This document shows positions 47,849 to 58,360 of a stretch of DNA of 64,000 nucleotides, piece after piece; the first letter of the stretch is position 1, and each line of letters begins with the position of its first letter. The translations under genes and the position numbers were made by a program. The stretch is from Candidatus Eremiobacteria bacterium (GTDB lineage: Bacteria > Vulcanimicrobiota > Vulcanimicrobiia > Vulcanimicrobiales > Vulcanimicrobiaceae): contig CAVTRC010000001.1 in the NCBI GenBank assembly GCA_963737065.1, positions 96,001 through 160,000 on the forward strand, read 5' to 3'. The notes under the pieces are model-generated. The model was given only the letters and a program-made list of their open reading frames with translations, made no database searches and was not told the DNA's origin.

Positions 47849-49405
47849 ATGGGCAAGCACGGTTGTGCGCGGTTTTTTGTCGCGCTCGCTATGTCTACGA
47901 GTGCGGTGACTTTTGTATGTTCGACGGCAGCGCGCGCGCCGGCCGAGGACGGCACCGAACTTTTGCAGCGACATCGTCAGTACGTCGGATGGCAGTTCGG
48001 CGATCCGGCGTTCCACTTCGTACGCGCGACGTGGCTCGAAGACGAAACCACGAACGGCAAAACGCAAACAGCCGCTCATGTCACGACGATCCGCGCGAAC
48101 GTGGTTTTCCGGACGACGGCCGTCGATGCGAAAACGCAGTTTGAGACCGATTCCGGATACACCGGAAACATATTCTGGACGACAAACCAGAACGGCTTCA
48201 TCCGGCCGATTATAGGCGACGCGGAAAAAGCGATGATCGCGCGCGAGGTTGTGTTGAACGAAGCAGCAACCTCGCTGCCCGGCACGTTCAAACGCACCGA
48301 AGCGGTGGACGGCGTCGAGACGTCGGTCGTGCACGTTCAACCCGAGAACGCAGACGGGATCGATCTCTACATCGACCCGTCGAGCGGCGCGTACAAGCGC
48401 GTAGTGATCGATCCCGACGGCCCGTATCAAGCCGCGATCGACATCGTCTCGTACAAGCCGGTACGGGACGGGAAAAGAGTCATCAGCGCATACAAGACGC
48501 GGCAAGGCCGATATACGTTTCGCCTCGACACGATAGAGCTTCCGCAGTCGATCGATGCGCAAGCGTTTGCACCGCCCAAGCAGACTGCTACGTGGCACTT
48601 TGATCCGTCGCATGCTGCCGTCCCGCTAACACTGAACTGGTATCGTCAGCGACGTATCTATTTCACCGCAAAGATAAACGGCGTCGACGGCAAGTTCATC
48701 CTCGATACGGGCGCCGGTGCCGGCATCGTCTTTACGAAGAGCTTCGCCGACAAACTGAAGCTCAAGCAACTGAAAAGCTCGCAGGCGCTTGGAGTGGGCG
48801 GTTCCGTCATCACACAATCGGCGCTCGTCGACTCGATCACCATCGGCGGAAACACCCTCTCGCACGTCGCGGCCTCCTTTCAGGACACCGCGCTCGACGC
48901 CGATGGACTGATGGGATTCGATTTGTTCGCAGGAGTCGTCGCACACGTCGATCTCGACAAACTCGCCCTTACGCTCTACGACCCGTCCACCGACATTTCA
49001 ACGCTCGCGCACGGCGTCAGTGCAACGGTCGATCTCGAAAACGGCATCCCCGCAGTCCCGATGAAGATGAACGGTCGCATCGACGTGAACGCGCAATTGG
49101 ACACCGGTAACCCGCTCTTCATGTTGTTCCCTCGCGGGCTTATCTATAGCGACCACGTGAGGATGTATCGGCGCGCCGCCTTCGTCCGCGGCATTGCCGG
49201 ATACGAACTCGACGAATGCGGAACGATCGATTCGCTTACGATGGGACCGATCGATTATACGGGCGTCGCTGCGTGCGCGAGCCCCTCCTACACCGGACAT
49301 AACATTTTGGTGGGTTTAGATTTCATTCGTCACTTCAATCTATGGTTCGACTATCCGCGGTCGGCAATGGTGTTCGAACCTCGCGCCAGCGTACCGGACC
49401 CGTAA
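47849..49405 (+). CDS. Secreted retropepsin-like aspartyl protease (two protease domains)
   Basis: FILDTGA and QLDTGN, GLMGFDLF, LVGLDFI. Confidence 0.85.
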   Translation: MGKHGCARFFVALAMSTSAVTFVCSTAARAPAEDGTELLQRHRQYVGWQFGDPAFHFVRATWLEDETTNGKTQTAAHVTTIRANVVFRTTAVDAKTQFETDSGYTGNIFWTTNQNGFIRPIIGDAEKAMIAREVVLNEAATSLPGTFKRTEAVDGVETSVVHVQPENADGIDLYIDPSSGAYKRVVIDPDGPYQAAIDIVSYKPVRDGKRVISAYKTRQGRYTFRLDTIELPQSIDAQAFAPPKQTATWHFDPSHAAVPLTLNWYRQRRIYFTAKINGVDGKFILDTGAGAGIVFTKSFADKLKLKQLKSSQALGVGGSVITQSALVDSITIGGNTLSHVAASFQDTALDADGLMGFDLFAGVVAHVDLDKLALTLYDPSTDISTLAHGVSATVDLENGIPAVPMKMNGRIDVNAQLDTGNPLFMLFPRGLIYSDHVRMYRRAAFVRGIAGYELDECGTIDSLTMGPIDYTGVAACASPSYTGHNILVGLDFIRHFNLWFDYPRSAMVFEPRASVPDP

Positions 49406-49409
49406 GACG

Positions 49410-50879
49410 CTAGCAACCGCGCGTTGAGCTAAACAAGACGTACGCGTCGGTGCCGTGCACCAGCAACGGATTCGTGACCGCTCGCCGCTCCATATCGACG
49501 TACGACGATGCCGGCAGCGGAAGCGCTGCAGCAGCAGCCGAGCGCGAGTCATTCGCAACCACGTATCCGCCGCTAAACTTTCGGAAAAATAACGAGCCGC
49601 TCGACGCATACGGTCCGCATGCGGTGCCGATGCGCGCGTCAACCGTCGCGTACTCCGGGAAGTACGACGGTGCGCCATACGGCCCGCTCGTTACAAAAAA
49701 CGCGGCGTGGCCGAGATTGCCCAGTAAGTAGGAACCGACCGCCCACGACAACTGGGACGGCGTGATCTGCGCGGTTGGGCAACACCCGGATGAATGTTTG
49801 TTGAACTTGTCAATCGCGAGAAACGTCGCGTGAGATTGCCAGAATGTCATGTATCGCAGCGTGCGTCCCAGCAGTCCGCCGCGTATATACGTCCCATAGC
49901 CCGCGAAACCGGACTCGTCGAGGTTCGCGTCGGCGTTTTGTGCCAGTGTTTGCTCGTGCGGATCCGTCGGCTCGCCCGTTGGATGATTGATGACCAAGCG
50001 CAGATGGTGCGGCGCAATCGATGCGTCGGTCGTGAGCGTTTGCTTTGCAAGCTTCACCCATGTTGCAACGTCGGATGCCCACTTCGGATCGTAGTTTGGG
50101 AAGCCGCCGCCGCTCGCCCCCCACTTCCGAACGAATCGCGTGAAATTCGCACCACTGTACACACCGCAGCCGAACCATCCCGGTTGCTGGTTTCCGTCGA
50201 AATCAAAGAAGACGGTTTGGTCGGTCCCAATTGCCGTATCGTGACGAGCGATTGCAGCGCGCGCAGCAATGTCCATCTGATACGTCACGACATCGCGATT
50301 GCTGATGTCGAGCGGAACGCCTTGTAAACCGGGTTGATATGCGACGGTTGTCGTCGGCCGATTGTGCGCGTCGCAATCGTAGACGATCCAGTCGGGATGG
50401 TTGGCTTTGAACCACGCGAGGTTGCTGCCGCCAATTCGATTCGAGTCGATGTTCGGATCGTCGACGCCTTGATACGTGTAGAGAATCGGGACAAGGGACG
50501 CATTTCCAGCGAGCCACGCTGAGGCGCTTGCACCGTAACGGCCGCTGCCTGCGCCCCACACCCAACCGACGTGATTTGCGGCCGAAGTCGCCTGCGTGGC
50601 GTTCATTTGCGTGTCGAAAACCTGCAACAGCGTCAATGCGCTCGTCGACGGCGGCGGTGGCGTTTGCGTCGGTAACGGGGTCGGCGTTACAGGGGGCGGT
50701 GGAGTTATGGGCGGGGGCGTTGCCGTTCGCGGCGGGTGTGTCGGCGTTGGCCCGGGCGCCGGAGTCGGTGTCGTGCCCGGCGGCAGTTGCGGCGGCGACG
50801 ATCCGCCTCCGCCACCGCACGCGCTCAGCGTGCCAAGAGCAAGGAAAAGAACGGCATGCACACTGGCAGAGACTCGCAT
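49410..50879 (-). CDS. Lipoprotein, putative glycoside hydrolase
   Basis: Lipobox LSAC, Pro/Thr linker, WFKANHPDWIVY, FFRKFSGGYVVAN. Confidence 0.6.
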   Translation of the reverse strand: MRVSASVHAVLFLALGTLSACGGGGGSSPPQLPPGTTPTPAPGPTPTHPPRTATPPPITPPPPVTPTPLPTQTPPPPSTSALTLLQVFDTQMNATQATSAANHVGWVWGAGSGRYGASASAWLAGNASLVPILYTYQGVDDPNIDSNRIGGSNLAWFKANHPDWIVYDCDAHNRPTTTVAYQPGLQGVPLDISNRDVVTYQMDIAARAAIARHDTAIGTDQTVFFDFDGNQQPGWFGCGVYSGANFTRFVRKWGASGGGFPNYDPKWASDVATWVKLAKQTLTTDASIAPHHLRLVINHPTGEPTDPHEQTLAQNADANLDESGFAGYGTYIRGGLLGRTLRYMTFWQSHATFLAIDKFNKHSSGCCPTAQITPSQLSWAVGSYLLGNLGHAAFFVTSGPYGAPSYFPEYATVDARIGTACGPYASSGSLFFRKFSGGYVVANDSRSAAAAALPLPASSYVDMERRAVTNPLLVHGTDAYVLFSSTRGC

Positions 50880-50976
50880 AGTACGCCTCCCAGCTATCCA
50901 TCATCGTAACTGAACGGTGGCCGAAATACGCAAGTACGCGCTGTAGGAAAAAGATAGTAAACGAGCGAGCGCGGAG

Positions 50977-51330
50977 TTACGTTCTCAGCGCGATGAACGC
51001 TTCGGTGATGAGATCCGTGAGTTCGCGGACGCCGAGGCGTTCGAGTTGAACCAGCACCGCCGGATATCCGTTGAAATGCGGCGTTGTGAAGTACACGCGC
51101 GGATCGCGCGCAACGAGCATGTCTTTCATTTCCAAATTGCCCGTACGCACGCCGAGAATCGGGCCTGTAGGCGCGGCGTCTCCAAGCGCTTGGACGTCGG
51201 CCTTCCGCAGCGGACGCTCCCACACGAGAAGTTTCTTCTTCACCTTCCACGCAGCGTTACCGTACGATGTCTCTTCGACTACGTCAGGAAGCGTTCGAAC
51301 GATGCGCCGTACGTCGTTCCATGTTGCCAT
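50977..51330 (-). CDS. MmcQ/YjbR family protein
   Basis: MATWNDVRRI...LP.V.E..SYG..AWKV; YFTTPHFNGYPAVLV. Confidence 0.88.
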   Translation of the reverse strand: MATWNDVRRIVRTLPDVVEETSYGNAAWKVKKKLLVWERPLRKADVQALGDAAPTGPILGVRTGNLEMKDMLVARDPRVYFTTPHFNGYPAVLVQLERLGVRELTDLITEAFIALRT

Positions 51331-51356
51331 CGCGAATAGCATTCGTCGCTGCGCAT

Positions 51357-51385
51357 GAAAAAAGCCCGGCGAAAGCCGGGTTTTC
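51357..51385 (-). terminator. Terminator after tRNA-Arg(ACG)
   Basis: CCCGGC-TTTC-GCCGGG followed by poly-T on minus strand. Confidence 0.75.
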
Positions 51386-51391
51386 GTTGAA

Positions 51392-51468
51392 TGGCGCGGT
51401 CGGAGGGACTCGAACCCCCAACCTACAAGTTCGTAGCCTGTTGCTCTATCCAATTGAGCTACGACCGC
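51392..51468 (-). tRNA. tRNA-Arg(ACG)
   Basis: Anticodon arm ACAGG-CTACGAA-CTTGT; GCCA end. Confidence 0.97.
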
Positions 51469-51562
51469 GTACGTCTTACCTGGTAAGCGACCACCGTAGA
51501 TACGGGGTCGTATTTTCATTCCCTGCTTTCACGGATGCGGCGCGCGCCGGAACCCGGCGATC

Positions 51563-51652
51563 CGGAGAGAGAGGGATTCGAACCCTCGATACGACTTTAC
51601 ATCGTATAACGGTTTAGCAAACCGCCGCCTTCAGCCGCTCGGCCATCTCTCC
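51563..51652 (-). tRNA. tRNA-Ser(GCT)
   Basis: Anticodon arm GCGGT-TTGCTAA-ACCGT; long variable arm. Confidence 0.97.
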
Positions 51653-51747
51653 AAAGCAATCGATCGCATCGTCATTGCGATCAGGCGCGTGCGTTCGCTT
51701 CAGCCGCCCGCCGCGCCTGCGCAACGAGTCGCCATTTCGAACCGCCG

Positions 51748-52296
51748 TTAAGACGGCGGCGCGCTCGGTCCGGTCATGGGTGGTTCGTCAACAAACACGG
51801 CTTGTTGTGTCGCGCGCGCTGCGGGGCGGCGCGCGAGCGCCAACAGACCGTCAATCCCGAGGAAACGACCCGTCGGCAAAACGAGATTGATCGCACTGAG
51901 TACGATCGCCGCTGCGTCAAGTCCGGACCAGGCCGTCGTGTGCGTGAGCGGGCCCTTCGCGCTCAGATAGTTAAACGCGAGCACGACACCGATCAAACCG
52001 CCGAGTCGCGTGAAGAAACCGAGAAGCAGCAAACATCCTGCCACGACTTCACCTAAGCGCACGAGTTCGGCGAAGATCGATATATTCGGCAACACGGTAC
52101 TCACGAGGAATTGCCGATACGGTCCGCTCGTGTGCGCAACCGAATCGTTGAGCATCTGAACGATCGCGCCGTTGGGCGGCATGAAGTCTTGGCTTTGCGT
52201 GAACTTCGGAACGCCGTGCATCAGCCAGAACGCGCCCGCGAAAATTCGCAAGAGCGCCAGCCAAAACGCATACGTTGATGGGGACGGCAGCCTCAT
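51748..52296 (-). CDS. DoxX/TQO small subunit family membrane protein
   Basis: LLRIFAG.FWL.HG..K; GE...G..LLLGFFTR; GR.LGID. Confidence 0.85.
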   Translation of the reverse strand: MRLPSPSTYAFWLALLRIFAGAFWLMHGVPKFTQSQDFMPPNGAIVQMLNDSVAHTSGPYRQFLVSTVLPNISIFAELVRLGEVVAGCLLLLGFFTRLGGLIGVVLAFNYLSAKGPLTHTTAWSGLDAAAIVLSAINLVLPTGRFLGIDGLLALARRPAARATQQAVFVDEPPMTGPSAPPS

Positions 52297-53429
52297 GCCA
52301 CACCCTCCTTTGTTCCCGATGCGAGCTGCGCAACGAGTATCGCAGCGTCTCTCGCGGCGTTTGGCCGTCCGTATCGCCGCGCGGCTTGAATCATTCGGTT
52401 GCGTCGAGCGGAATCCGTCAGCACATTCATGAGGAGTTGCGGCAATTCACGCATTCTGCGTGCGCGCACCGCCGCTCCCCATTCCGTGAGCACCTTCACG
52501 TTGCGTTCTTCTTGTCCCGGCAACGGCTTGCAGAGAACGAGCGGTACTTCAGCGGCGAGCGCCTCGGCCGTGCTCAATCCGCCGGGCTTGCTGACGAACG
52601 CGTCGGCGGCGTGCATGTAGTCGTACACGTTGTGTACAAAGCGCAGGACGCGCACGGGATATTGCATGCCTTCGGCAACGCTCAAAACGCGCGTCTCGAC
52701 ACGCGAATTCCGGCCGGCGATTACGACGGCTGCGATCGGCGCTCCGACATCCTTCATCGCGCGCAGCATGTTTGCGAGCGGAGCGAAACCGAGCCCACCA
52801 CCCATCATCAATGCCACTTGACGGTCCGGTGGAAGACCGAGACGCTCGCGCAGCGATTCGGCGCTTTCTTTCGTCCGCGCAAAATGCGGATCGACCGGAA
52901 TACCGCTCGCGACGATGCGCTCCGGGCGTACGCCGCGCGCGATCATCGTGTCGCGAATGGCGTCTGTACTCACGCAGTATGCGTCGATATTGTCGTGAAT
53001 CCAAAACGTGTGCACCGCAAAATCGGTTACGATTCCGACGACGGGTGGCGCATCGGCGAACATGCGCTTGTACTCGGCCATTGCGCCGGTGGGAAAGGCG
53101 TGCGTGCAGACGACGACGTCGGGGCGCTCTCGTGCGAAGAGCGCGCGCAGATTGCCCGCGGTGAACTGGTGCGCCCACGTACGGAATGGGCCGACTTCGG
53201 TCGCTCGTTCCGCGCGATTGTAGATGTAGCCGTACATCTGCGGAATCGTTTTGACCATCTGGAGATACCCTTCGGACACCACGCGCGACACGACGAGCGC
53301 CGCATATTTGTACGAGTCGACGACGGTCGTGCGGGCCGCGGGATCGATCTCGCGCAATGCGGCGCACACCGCGTTCGCGGCGGAGAGATGACCGGCGCCG
53401 ACGTTCGCGGACAAAAACAGGACGCGGAT
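52293..53429 (-). CDS. MGDG synthase/UgtP-like glycosyltransferase (start uncertain)
   Basis: LSANVGAGH, PDVVVCTH, VTDF, GIPV, KPGGLS..EA, PGQEE.N. Confidence 0.9.
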   Translation of the reverse strand: MRVLFLSANVGAGHLSAANAVCAALREIDPAARTTVVDSYKYAALVVSRVVSEGYLQMVKTIPQMYGYIYNRAERATEVGPFRTWAHQFTAGNLRALFARERPDVVVCTHAFPTGAMAEYKRMFADAPPVVGIVTDFAVHTFWIHDNIDAYCVSTDAIRDTMIARGVRPERIVASGIPVDPHFARTKESAESLRERLGLPPDRQVALMMGGGLGFAPLANMLRAMKDVGAPIAAVVIAGRNSRVETRVLSVAEGMQYPVRVLRFVHNVYDYMHAADAFVSKPGGLSTAEALAAEVPLVLCKPLPGQEERNVKVLTEWGAAVRARRMRELPQLLMNVLTDSARRNRMIQAARRYGRPNAARDAAILVAQLASGTKEGVA

Positions 53430-53731
53430 TACGTCTCGCCTCCGCCCTCGTCTCCCGCCTCTTCGGCGAAGACGAGGAATTCGTCGAGAATCTCTTGCGC
53501 TAGATCGTCGTCTTCGAGAAGATTGCCCTCGAGGTCGGTGACGATGAATTCGCTCTCGCCCTCTTCTTCTTTCGGTTCGTGCATCAACACCGCGTACGAT
53601 GATCCGTCATCGGGATCTTCGAGAATGCCGACGACTTCGAACGGCAGCTCGCCACCGTCCTTGGTTTCGATGTAGAGCACTTCGCTCAGTTCGAGCGGGC
53701 CGCTCTTAGCTTCACCGTTGTTGGACGACAT
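53429..53731 (-). CDS. DUF1292 domain protein
   Basis: Acidic; FEVVG......SYAVL; next to mltG/ruvX. Confidence 0.75.
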   Translation of the reverse strand: MSSNNGEAKSGPLELSEVLYIETKDGGELPFEVVGILEDPDDGSSYAVLMHEPKEEEGESEFIVTDLEGNLLEDDDLAQEILDEFLVFAEEAGDEGGGET

Positions 53732-53749
53732 GGTTAGCTCCTATACCGT

Positions 53750-54748
53750 TTAGTGCAAGCACCGCGCCACATTGGCCTGATGCTCAGCAAGCGTCTTCGC
53801 AAAGACATGGTGCCCGTTCCCGCAATACACGTAATAAAGTGCGTCGGTGGGAGCCGGGTGGAAGGCGGCTTCGAGGGACGCATGTCCGGGATTGGCAATC
53901 GGCGTGGGCGGAAGCCCGGGATACAGATACGTGTTATACGGCGACTGTATCTTCAGGTCGCCGAAGGAAAGCTGCGTCTTATGCTGCGGAAGCGCGTATT
54001 CGATCGTCGCATCGATCTGCAGCGCCATATTGAGTCTCAAGCGGTTGTAGATGACGCCGGCGATCAATGGGCGATCGCTATCGACTTTTGCCTCGCGTTC
54101 GACGAGCGACGCTACGGTAACCCCCTGCGGTACGGTGACGTGCAGCGCTCGTGCACGCGCCGTTGCGTCCGGCGGCAACTCCTTGAAGAACTCCGCGGTG
54201 AACTGCTTCTGAATTTGCGCACCCGTTGCATCGAGCGGAATCAGGTACGTGCTTGGAAACAGAAAGCCCTCGAGATTGCGCGTCGTCGTTCCGTCTACGT
54301 CGAGCGGCGTATTGAGAAAATATTGCTCGAACCTGCGCGCCGAACCGACGCCGGCCGACTGCAGACGGTCGGCAATTTGGGAAGCGGTGAAGCCTTCGGG
54401 AATCGTCACCCATGTTGCGATCTGCGCGCCGCCGGTCAACAGCGCGTGCAGCACTTCCGACGCCGATTGATGCGGCGAGAACTGAAATCCGCCCGCATGT
54501 GCCTGCGCGTCAGCATGCTGGATGCGGGCGAGGAGACGAAACATCGTTGCGTTCGAAATCACGCCGGCGTCCGCAAGTTGACGCGCGATATCGCCGAGCG
54601 TCGAACCGCGCGGCACGACGATCTGCGTCGACTGCACGGGATGCGACCGGTCGCCGTACACGCTGTACAAGAACCACGTGAGGATCGCCGCAACGAGCAG
54701 CGCGGCGGCACCGATGATACCGCCCGTTACGCGAAGCGTCTGCTTCAT
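53750..54748 (-). CDS. mltG: Endolytic transglycosylase MltG
   Basis: TIPEG, LEGFLFPSTY, ASLVERE, SPYNTY..PGLPPTPIANPG. Confidence 0.96.
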   Translation of the reverse strand: MKQTLRVTGGIIGAAALLVAAILTWFLYSVYGDRSHPVQSTQIVVPRGSTLGDIARQLADAGVISNATMFRLLARIQHADAQAHAGGFQFSPHQSASEVLHALLTGGAQIATWVTIPEGFTASQIADRLQSAGVGSARRFEQYFLNTPLDVDGTTTRNLEGFLFPSTYLIPLDATGAQIQKQFTAEFFKELPPDATARARALHVTVPQGVTVASLVEREAKVDSDRPLIAGVIYNRLRLNMALQIDATIEYALPQHKTQLSFGDLKIQSPYNTYLYPGLPPTPIANPGHASLEAAFHPAPTDALYYVYCGNGHHVFAKTLAEHQANVARCLH

Positions 54749-55167
54749 CGTCCCTCGTTGCGCCGGCGGGCAAGAAACGTTTCGAGGATCAACGCCGCCG
54801 CCATTTTATCGACGACTTCTTTGCGCTTCTTACGCGACACGTCGGCGGCGATCAGCGTCTTGGTCGCCTGCGCCGTCGTCATCCGTTCGTCCACTCGGTG
54901 AATTCGACCGGAAAATACCTCGCGCAGTTGCTCGACGAAAATGTCCATCTTCTGCGCCGCGATTCCGCGTTCGCCCCCCAGGGAAACCGGATCGCCGACG
55001 ACGAGTTCGCGCACCATATATGATTCGAAATACTCTGCGAGCTTCGCGAAATCGGCACGACGATTGGAACGCTCCACCGTGCCGACCGGCAATGCGAACG
55101 TTTCGGTCGGATCGGCAACGGCAATGCCGATACGTTTGCTGCCGACGTCGAGCGCCATGATGCTCAC
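54745..55167 (-). CDS. ruvX: Holliday junction resolvase-like RuvX/YqgF
   Basis: ALDVGSKRIGIAV.D, DERMTT, VDKMAAALILE. Confidence 0.95.
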   Translation of the reverse strand: MSIMALDVGSKRIGIAVADPTETFALPVGTVERSNRRADFAKLAEYFESYMVRELVVGDPVSLGGERGIAAQKMDIFVEQLREVFSGRIHRVDERMTTAQATKTLIAADVSRKKRKEVVDKMAAALILETFLARRRNEGR

Positions 55168-55904
55168 TACTGAGAAGCGCCTGAAGACGTGGACTTCGGC
55201 CTGCGGCCGAGATGATGTACGATGAGCGCGTCGACCGCGTGGGCGACACGCGGTCGCGCGAGGAGACCTGCGCCGCCTTGCCCGCGCGGTGTGGCGAGCT
55301 GGGCGAGATTGCTCAAGTCGCCGGCATCCAGCTCGATGAGATCGCGCCACCGCTCGCGGCATCGCGAACAAATAAACCCGCCGGCCTCACCGTCGACCCA
55401 CGCGCGAGCGCTTTCAAACGGACGTCCGCAGCGCACGCACGTATCGACGGGCGGTTCAATTCCGAGAGCGGAGAGCAGGCGCAATGAGAACCGCGGGACG
55501 AGCACGCTCGGCGAACTACTTGCCGCAATGGCATTGAGCATATTGGCAAGCAACGCGTAGACGTCGGGAAGCGCAAGCGCCGGCTCGCAGAACGCGTCGA
55601 TCAATTCAGCGACGAGCTGCGCAACAGCGAAACGTTCCGGTTCGACGAGCGACTGCCACGGCGCGTTGACGATATCCGCATGCACGATGACGTCGAGCGA
55701 ACGGCCGCGATGCATCTGGAGTACGCACTCGTTCGCGAACTCCAACCGTCCGCCGAGATGACTTTTGGCGCGACGCACGCCTTTTGCGACCGCATCCAAC
55801 TTGCCGCTTTCGGTAGAAAACAACGTGACGATGCGATCCGCTTCTCCCAGTGGGCGCGCGCGCAAAACGATACCGCGAGTCTTATACGAACGGTCCGAAG
55901 GAAT
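55167..55904 (-). CDS. recO: DNA repair protein RecO (start uncertain)
   Basis: GIVLR..PLGEADRIVTLFS...GKL.AVAKGVRR.KS; CxxC...CxxC. Confidence 0.93.
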   Translation of the reverse strand: MPSDRSYKTRGIVLRARPLGEADRIVTLFSTESGKLDAVAKGVRRAKSHLGGRLEFANECVLQMHRGRSLDVIVHADIVNAPWQSLVEPERFAVAQLVAELIDAFCEPALALPDVYALLANMLNAIAASSSPSVLVPRFSLRLLSALGIEPPVDTCVRCGRPFESARAWVDGEAGGFICSRCRERWRDLIELDAGDLSNLAQLATPRGQGGAGLLARPRVAHAVDALIVHHLGRRPKSTSSGASQ

Positions 55905-56274
55905 GCGGCAATAGCTCCGCTGCAGTCGTCTCGATCGTACCGCTCGATGCGGTGAAGACGACCGCCATATTGAGGTTGAATTCGGCAAGTACTTGCCGGC
56001 AGGCGCCGCACGGACTGGTCAACACTCCTTCGGGTCCCGCGATCGCAATCGCGGCGAACTGGCGAAATCCCGCGGCAATCGCCGCGAAGATGGCTGCGCG
56101 CTCGGCGCACATCGACAGTCCGTAACTCGCGTTCTCGACGTTTGAACCGACAATGAGATTGCCGTCCCCCGCATCGACGGCCGCTCCGACACGGAAATCG
56201 GAATACGGCGCATACGCGCGTTCGCGAGCTTCGCGGGCAGCGGAGAGCAGCTCGTCAAAATCAGGGGGCGACAT
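55882..56274 (-). CDS. cdd: Cytidine deaminase
   Basis: AYAPYS.F.VGAA, NVENASYG...CAER, PCGACRQ. Confidence 0.96.
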   Translation of the reverse strand: MSPPDFDELLSAAREARERAYAPYSDFRVGAAVDAGDGNLIVGSNVENASYGLSMCAERAAIFAAIAAGFRQFAAIAIAGPEGVLTSPCGACRQVLAEFNLNMAVVFTASSGTIETTAAELLPHSFGPFV

Positions 56275-57580
56275 CGTGTTCCGCTCCTTCGCCTTCGACG
56301 CGTTCCTCGGCAATGGGACGGCTGGTAAAGACGCGCACGGTCAAAATACGCCGTCCGCGCGTACGCTCGACCTTGAAGCGCGTCTGTGGATCGGCTTCGA
56401 TCTCTTCCCCTTCTTTCGGTAGCCGGCCGAAGAGGCCGACGATGTACCCGCCGATCGTTTCAAAATCTTGCGTCGGAATGTGCGTGCCGAGCGCGTCATT
56501 CACATCGTCGATATTCGTGCCCGCTTCGACGACCGCTTCATCCTCCGAAACGACGTGGATCGGTTCCTGCTCGTCGACGTCGTGCTCGTCGCGTATCTCA
56601 CCGACGATTTCTTCAAGCAGATCTTCCATCGTCACGAGGCCGGCCGTGCCGCCGTATTCGTCCATTACGATCGCCATCGAAAACTTCTCGCGCTGCATGT
56701 CGCGCAGCAGCTCCGCGAGTTTCTTCGTTTCCGGAACGTGCTGCACCGGGCGCATTAAGGTGCGCAAACTGGTCTGCGCGAGCGAGCCGTTTGCAAGTGC
56801 AATCAGCAACTCGCGGTCGTGCACGACCCCGATGATGTCGTCCTTCGATTCCTGGTAGACCGGGAGCTTCGAATAGCCTTCGGCAATGACCACGTCGAGC
56901 GCGCGCCTCGGCGAGTCGTCGATCGAGACCGCGACGATTTCGGGACGAGGCGTCATGACTTCGCGCACGATCGTATCGCCGAACTCGATGACCGAATGTA
57001 TCATCTCGCGCTCTTCTTCTTCGATCACGCGCTGTTCCGCACCGACATTGACGAGCGCGCGAATGTCTTCTTCGGTGACGTACATGTGAGGCGAGTGCTT
57101 GACGCCCACGATCCGCAGCAACAGGTTTGCGATGAAAATGAAGACGTTCGTAATCGGCGTGAGGATAGCGTTTGCCAGACGCATCGGCTTTCCGAGTATG
57201 AGTAAATACCGTTCTCCCGCCGAGCTTGCAACCGTCTTCGGAATGATCTCACCGAAGAGCAGCAGTACGATCGTCATGACGATGGTTGACCAAACCGCGG
57301 GATTCGGCACACCGAGATCGAGCATGATCGCGGTCGCGAGCGAATCTGCGGCCAGCAGCGCGATCGTGTTCCCGATCAGGATCGAGCTCAGCATGTGGCT
57401 CTTATCGTCGACGAGTTTCAGCACGTTGCTCGCGCCCCGGACCTTCCCCTCGATCAGCGAGCGGGCGCGCAAGCGCGAGACGGCGACCAGCGCCGTTTCC
57501 GACGCCGAGAAAAACGCGGAGAAAAATACGAGGAGGACGAGTGCGGCGATTTCAAGCCAGTGGGGGTGGGCCGCCGTCAT
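56261..57580 (-). CDS. Hemolysin/CNNM (HlyC/CorC) family protein
   Basis: FFSASETA, GEIIPK, CBS pair, DEYGGTAGLVTMED, CorC domain. Confidence 0.93.
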   Translation of the reverse strand: MTAAHPHWLEIAALVLLVFFSAFFSASETALVAVSRLRARSLIEGKVRGASNVLKLVDDKSHMLSSILIGNTIALLAADSLATAIMLDLGVPNPAVWSTIVMTIVLLLFGEIIPKTVASSAGERYLLILGKPMRLANAILTPITNVFIFIANLLLRIVGVKHSPHMYVTEEDIRALVNVGAEQRVIEEEEREMIHSVIEFGDTIVREVMTPRPEIVAVSIDDSPRRALDVVIAEGYSKLPVYQESKDDIIGVVHDRELLIALANGSLAQTSLRTLMRPVQHVPETKKLAELLRDMQREKFSMAIVMDEYGGTAGLVTMEDLLEEIVGEIRDEHDVDEQEPIHVVSEDEAVVEAGTNIDDVNDALGTHIPTQDFETIGGYIVGLFGRLPKEGEEIEADPQTRFKVERTRGRRILTVRVFTSRPIAEERVEGEGAEHDVAP

Positions 57581-57655
57581 CGATCCATGCCTCGCGTGAG
57601 GTGGCCGGGCCGCGGCCCGCAGCTTCGGTACGGGTCTTTCTTCAAATCGGCGCCA

Positions 57656-58360
57656 TTATAACACAAGGTGCGGGCGCGCCAAGAGGTAGATTGCCAAAGC
57701 GGCGACGGTACCGAGCACTGCCCCGGCGACGACCTCCGCCGTCGAGTGGATGTTCGCCTCGACGCGAGTCTGCGCCACCAGAAAGGCAATGAAGTACGCG
57801 AGCAGCGCCGGGAGCGGTCGCTGGTAGAGAAACGCAAGCAGCGTCGCGGCCGCGAACGAGAGTGCCGCATGGCCGGAAACGGCACCGCCTTGCAGTGCGG
57901 AGCCGCGCCCGACCCAAGCCTTCGCGAAGATCGTGACGATCGCGACCGCAAAGAGCACAACGAACGCCACGTTGCTCGGTACGGTCGCGACGGCGGCGAA
58001 GACGCGTTGGCCGCCGTTGATGATGCCCTGGTAAAACACCAAGTATCCGACGAGGACGGCCGCGATCGAAGACACCAGCACAGCTCCCGCGGCTGCATCT
58101 TTTGCGGTCTTCGCAAGCGGATGGTGGGTTACCGTCAACAGGTCGACGATCGCTTCGACCGCCGTATTGAGCAGTTCGAGCGCCAGTACGATCGCAATGA
58201 TAATGACGAGCGCGACGATGTAGTAGCGGTCCAGCCGTAAGAATAGCGACGCAAGCACGACGAGCAACGCAATGAGGAAATGGATGCGCATATTCTGCTG
58301 CGTGCGTGCCGCGTACATAATGCCTTCGAATGCATGATTGAACGAACGCCAGAACTTCAT
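57656..58360 (-). CDS. dgkA: Diacylglycerol/undecaprenol kinase fused to PAP2-like domain
   Basis: SF.HAFEG, ELLNTAVEAIVD, AKDAAAGAV; SGHAAL...RV...IHS..EV..GA. Confidence 0.88.
   Translation of the reverse strand: MKFWRSFNHAFEGIMYAARTQQNMRIHFLIALLVVLASLFLRLDRYYIVALVIIIAIVLALELLNTAVEAIVDLLTVTHHPLAKTAKDAAAGAVLVSSIAAVLVGYLVFYQGIINGGQRVFAAVATVPSNVAFVVLFAVAIVTIFAKAWVGRGSALQGGAVSGHAALSFAAATLLAFLYQRPLPALLAYFIAFLVAQTRVEANIHSTAEVVAGAVLGTVAALAIYLLARPHLVL

Noticed and set aside
57581..57655. Riboswitch in the CNNM/CorC gene leader
   Set aside because: Too short for an M-box and lacks fluoride or yybP-ykoY consensus; only a TATAAT and a GC hairpin are visible.
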